From Rhynchopus sp. YZ270_cl-10 (lineage: Eukaryota): a stretch of DNA of 64,000 bases. The stretch covers positions 992,001 to 1,056,000 of the forward strand of contig OZ037847.1 in assembly GCA_964035575.1 (NCBI GenBank), written 5' to 3'. Below the pieces are notes generated by a model, which saw nothing but the letters and a program-made list of their open reading frames with translations, had not been told where the DNA came from and searched no databases. A program made the position numbers and the translations under genes. Of this stretch, positions 61,009 to 64,000 are shown in pieces (within the stretch, counting starts at the first letter, position 1; each line of letters begins with the position of its first letter).

Positions 61009-62569
61009 ATGGTTTCCATTGCCTCAACTTCGATGCGCCGCATGGTGCAGGCTGGTGTTGGTATGGGTGTAGGTGCTTTTTCGTACAAGGTTGCCTTTGC
61101 GAATGGGTACCAACCGGGCAACCCTGTGAACCCAACAAACTCTGTGTGCGAGCTGGATTTTAGCATTTCGAACAAACTTGTGGGTACAGTAGTGGTGGAG
61201 CTGTACGACGACACCGTGCCAATGACGGCACGCAACTTCCGTATCCTCTGTGCAGGAACGTACGAAGAGTGGGCGAAGGCACACCACCTCTCCGATACCG
61301 CTGGAGCCCAGACCTGGTTCTTCAGCTTCAACAAGACCGTCGTCCCCTTCACCTACGCCATGTCCGTTGTGCACAGAGTCATCCCCGGCTTTATGCTCCA
61401 AGCAGGTGACTTCACACAAGGCAACGGTAGAGGCGGGCTTTCAATTTACAAAGACGGGAAGTTCAAGGATGAGAGCTTTGCAGGCAAGGCTGGCAGGCAT
61501 ATGAAAGGGTATGTCGGGTTTCTGAGTTTTTTAAAAAGGGAGAGCAGTCACTGAATGATCTTTGCCACACCTTGGGGGTGCGCAGGATGTACCCCCACTC
61601 TGTTTTTCTTCAGGTTTACAAATAGAACTGGAAAGCGACGGATGGTGCCCGCTTTAGCGGATTTGGGTTTTCACTTACATGCACCTCACTCACATTCGTG
61701 CTATAAACGAAAAAGTGTTTTCGTGTTTTCGTGTCTCTATGCTTAATGCTTCACTGTCATATCCTGAAGTTGTTTTCTATTTTTAGAGATTTCACATAGT
61801 CCCAGACAACACCCTTGTGCAATTCCACGCAGCTGATGCTGTGGTACCGATGATGATCAAGGTAACTAAGCCCAGAGAGGCTTAGGATCATCTTATCACC
61901 TTTTCTTTCCCCTCTAAAACACTTCCACCTACAGATCGCTCTCCATGGCGAATGCGGGGAAGGATACCAATGGGTCGCAGTTCTTTATTACCTTTGACAA
62001 AACGACTTGGTTGGATGGAAAACACGTCGTCTTTGGCCAGGTGCTTGAGGGATACGACGTCGTTCAAAAGGTGGAGCAGGCAGGAACACGCTCTGGTCGT
62101 ACCACAAGCGATGTGCAGGTATACCACACCCAACTGATACCCGATCACCACGATGGTCCACCCCCCTTTTATCATTTTCATCTGTGCTGTAAGGTTTCTT
62201 TTATCCCATCTATGACTACACGGCTTAGGTTCATCTCACACGCTTTTCTTCTTTTGACACTACGTTGTACCGCAGCCCTCATGCAGACAACATTCAATTC
62301 GACAGCCTAAGTGAGTTGACACTATCATTTTTTTATCCAGAACGGAGTATTGATATCATATTGCTCGGTGTTCTGCGTCTGGAGGGCAATTTGGTCCTCT
62401 CCCGCTTTCGTTTCTAACGTATCATGAATTTAACACAAAGTTTGTCTTTTCCCATACCAACGTCACCCTCCTGCAGATCACAGCGTGCCGAGTGCGGAAG
62501 ATGGCCACAGGGAGTCTAGCATCGTTGTGCGCTGACGAGGTTGATACAACAATGATCTCCGCCATATGA
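61009..62569 (+). CDS. Cyclophilin-type peptidyl-prolyl isomerase, probably mitochondrial; exons 61009-61508, 61935-62118, 62477-62569
   Basis: [44 protein letters not shown] and [10 protein letters not shown] motifs. Confidence 0.95.
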
Positions 62570-62994
62570 GCTGCCATGCGCTGTCGCCATATCTAGCCTA
62601 CCCCCACTCACCCCCCTGGGGATTACAAGATCCCCCTACCGAACCAGACCTGATGGCCACAACGGGGCATACCAACCACCTCATTTTTATTGCAAAACCC
62701 CCCCTTCCCCCCAGCAAGACAATGATGACCGCTTCGACTCTTTCAAGATTCTTTCCCAGGTTAACGGGACTAACGAAGGTTTTCCATTCATCTTACCGAT
62801 ACGTCTCTCATGAGCTTTGTAGATGGCACCACAAAGAGGTGTTCAACGTCACTTTGGTGGCCAGCGATGCCGATAGTGGTGAAGATGTGTGCGTGAGAGG
62901 CATTCGTCTAAAGTTTTCTTTGGTTTTGTACACACTTCACATCAACTAACACCAGGTGTCCACCCATTGAATGTAAGGGCAGTAGAGTGCGTCT

Positions 62995-64000
62995 ATGGAT
63001 GCAGAGGCACCTCTGCTGGGTGGGAATGGGTATTCTCGGCCAAATCCTTTGATATCAGTGTTGGCACCGGATGCGCGCACCTCAGTGTATTTGGGTGATG
63101 CACACATGCGGGACGACAACGGGAAGAAAGGAATACGCTCGCGCGCTTCTGTGGAGCTGAGTGCCTTTCGCAACAGGGTGCAAAGCGAGACGTTGGTGCG
63201 CAAGGTGCCGCAGACCGCACCCGCTACAGAAGCGAGCGAGGCGACGCAAGCACCCAAAGGAGATTTTGAGGGCATGGACTACTGGGAGCCCTTCAACGCC
63301 GAGCGGAGGAAGTTCATTGCGGAACACCACGCGAACGCGAAGAGCTCTTTGAAGTGGGGCCTCTTCGCCCTCACCGGAGTCATCGTTGCATTGCTTAGCA
63401 TCTTCATGAAGCAGACGGTCGAGCGCGTTGTCATCTTCCGGTTCCGTTCTCTGCACGACGCATTGGGAGTCCCTGGCGCCTCCCCTAGCCTTCCTGGAAA
63501 CGAAACCAGCCCGCCCTACGATGTGTCTGGAACGTCGTACTTCGGGGCCTGTGTGTTCTGGGTGTTGACCTCGGGGGTGTTTATCGTGGTGTCGTCATGC
63601 TTGGTGGTGTTTGTCGAGCCAAAGGCGGCAGGGTCGGGAATGCCCGAGGTGATGTCCTATTTGAATGGGGTGCAGGTGGGGGAGTATTCCCTGAAGGTGA
63701 TGGTGGTCAAGTTTTTTTCTTGTTTGCTTGCTGTTGCGTCGGGGCTGCCTGTTGGACCGGAGGGGCCAATGATACAGATAGGGTCGGTGGTAGGGACCTA
63801 TTTGACACAGCCTCCGCATGGATGGATGTTTGCCGGGGTTGCGTCCTTTAGGAACACAATGGACCGTCGAGCGTTTGTCACCTGTGGTGCAGCAGCAGGT
63901 GTGTCTGCCGCGTTTGGCGCTCCCGTTGGAGGTCTTCTCTTCGTGATGGAAGAAACCGCCGCCTACTGGGACCGTTCCCTCACGTGGATGATCTTCTTCA
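62995..64000 (+). CDS. CLC chloride channel/antiporter (ClC-6/7-like), 5' part; runs off the window
   Basis: Open frame from ATG 62995 with FEGMDY, GSGMPEV, GPEGPMIQIG and GAAAGVSAAFGAPVGGLLFVMEE. Absent from the ORF track because there is no stop in the window. Confidence 0.93.
   Translation, partial: MDAEAPLLGGNGYSRPNPLISVLAPDARTSVYLGDAHMRDDNGKKGIRSRASVELSAFRNRVQSETLVRKVPQTAPATEASEATQAPKGDFEGMDYWEPFNAERRKFIAEHHANAKSSLKWGLFALTGVIVALLSIFMKQTVERVVIFRFRSLHDALGVPGASPSLPGNETSPPYDVSGTSYFGACVFWVLTSGVFIVVSSCLVVFVEPKAAGSGMPEVMSYLNGVQVGEYSLKVMVVKFFSCLLAVASGLPVGPEGPMIQIGSVVGTYLTQPPHGWMFAGVASFRNTMDRRAFVTCGAAAGVSAAFGAPVGGLLFVMEETAAYWDRSLTWMIFF

Overview
Eukaryotic nuclear DNA. About 15 protein genes all lie on the + strand, have GT-AG introns (acceptors mostly ACAG), and have pyrimidine/CA-rich AG acceptors just upstream of their start codons. 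This suggests a euglenozoan polycistronic cluster with both cis- and trans-splicing, most likely a diplonemid (inference). Recognisable genes: membrin-like SNARE, CCDC146, APC11, TRAPPC8, an SCP/NIF phosphatase, a class 3 lipase, an internally duplicated PPR-like protein, a ~4245-aa LamG/NHL/PAN/EGF protein, a degenerate class I peroxidase, a cyclophilin and a CLC transporter. Non-coding DNA holds six non-autonomous DNA transposons delimited by TIRs and target-site duplications: one piggyBac-type, three hAT-type, one CAG-ended element with a 9-bp TSD, and one fold-back MITE. The most unusual signal is roughly 45 short interrupted hairpins, found by eye only on the sense strand, in introns and intergenic DNA. 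Their stems differ but covary, the loop is often ACGAGAG, and a (T/A)CAA tail follows; they are a candidate pre-mRNA processing element. A chain of putative micro-exons also lies in the apparently gene-free 11-20 kb stretch.
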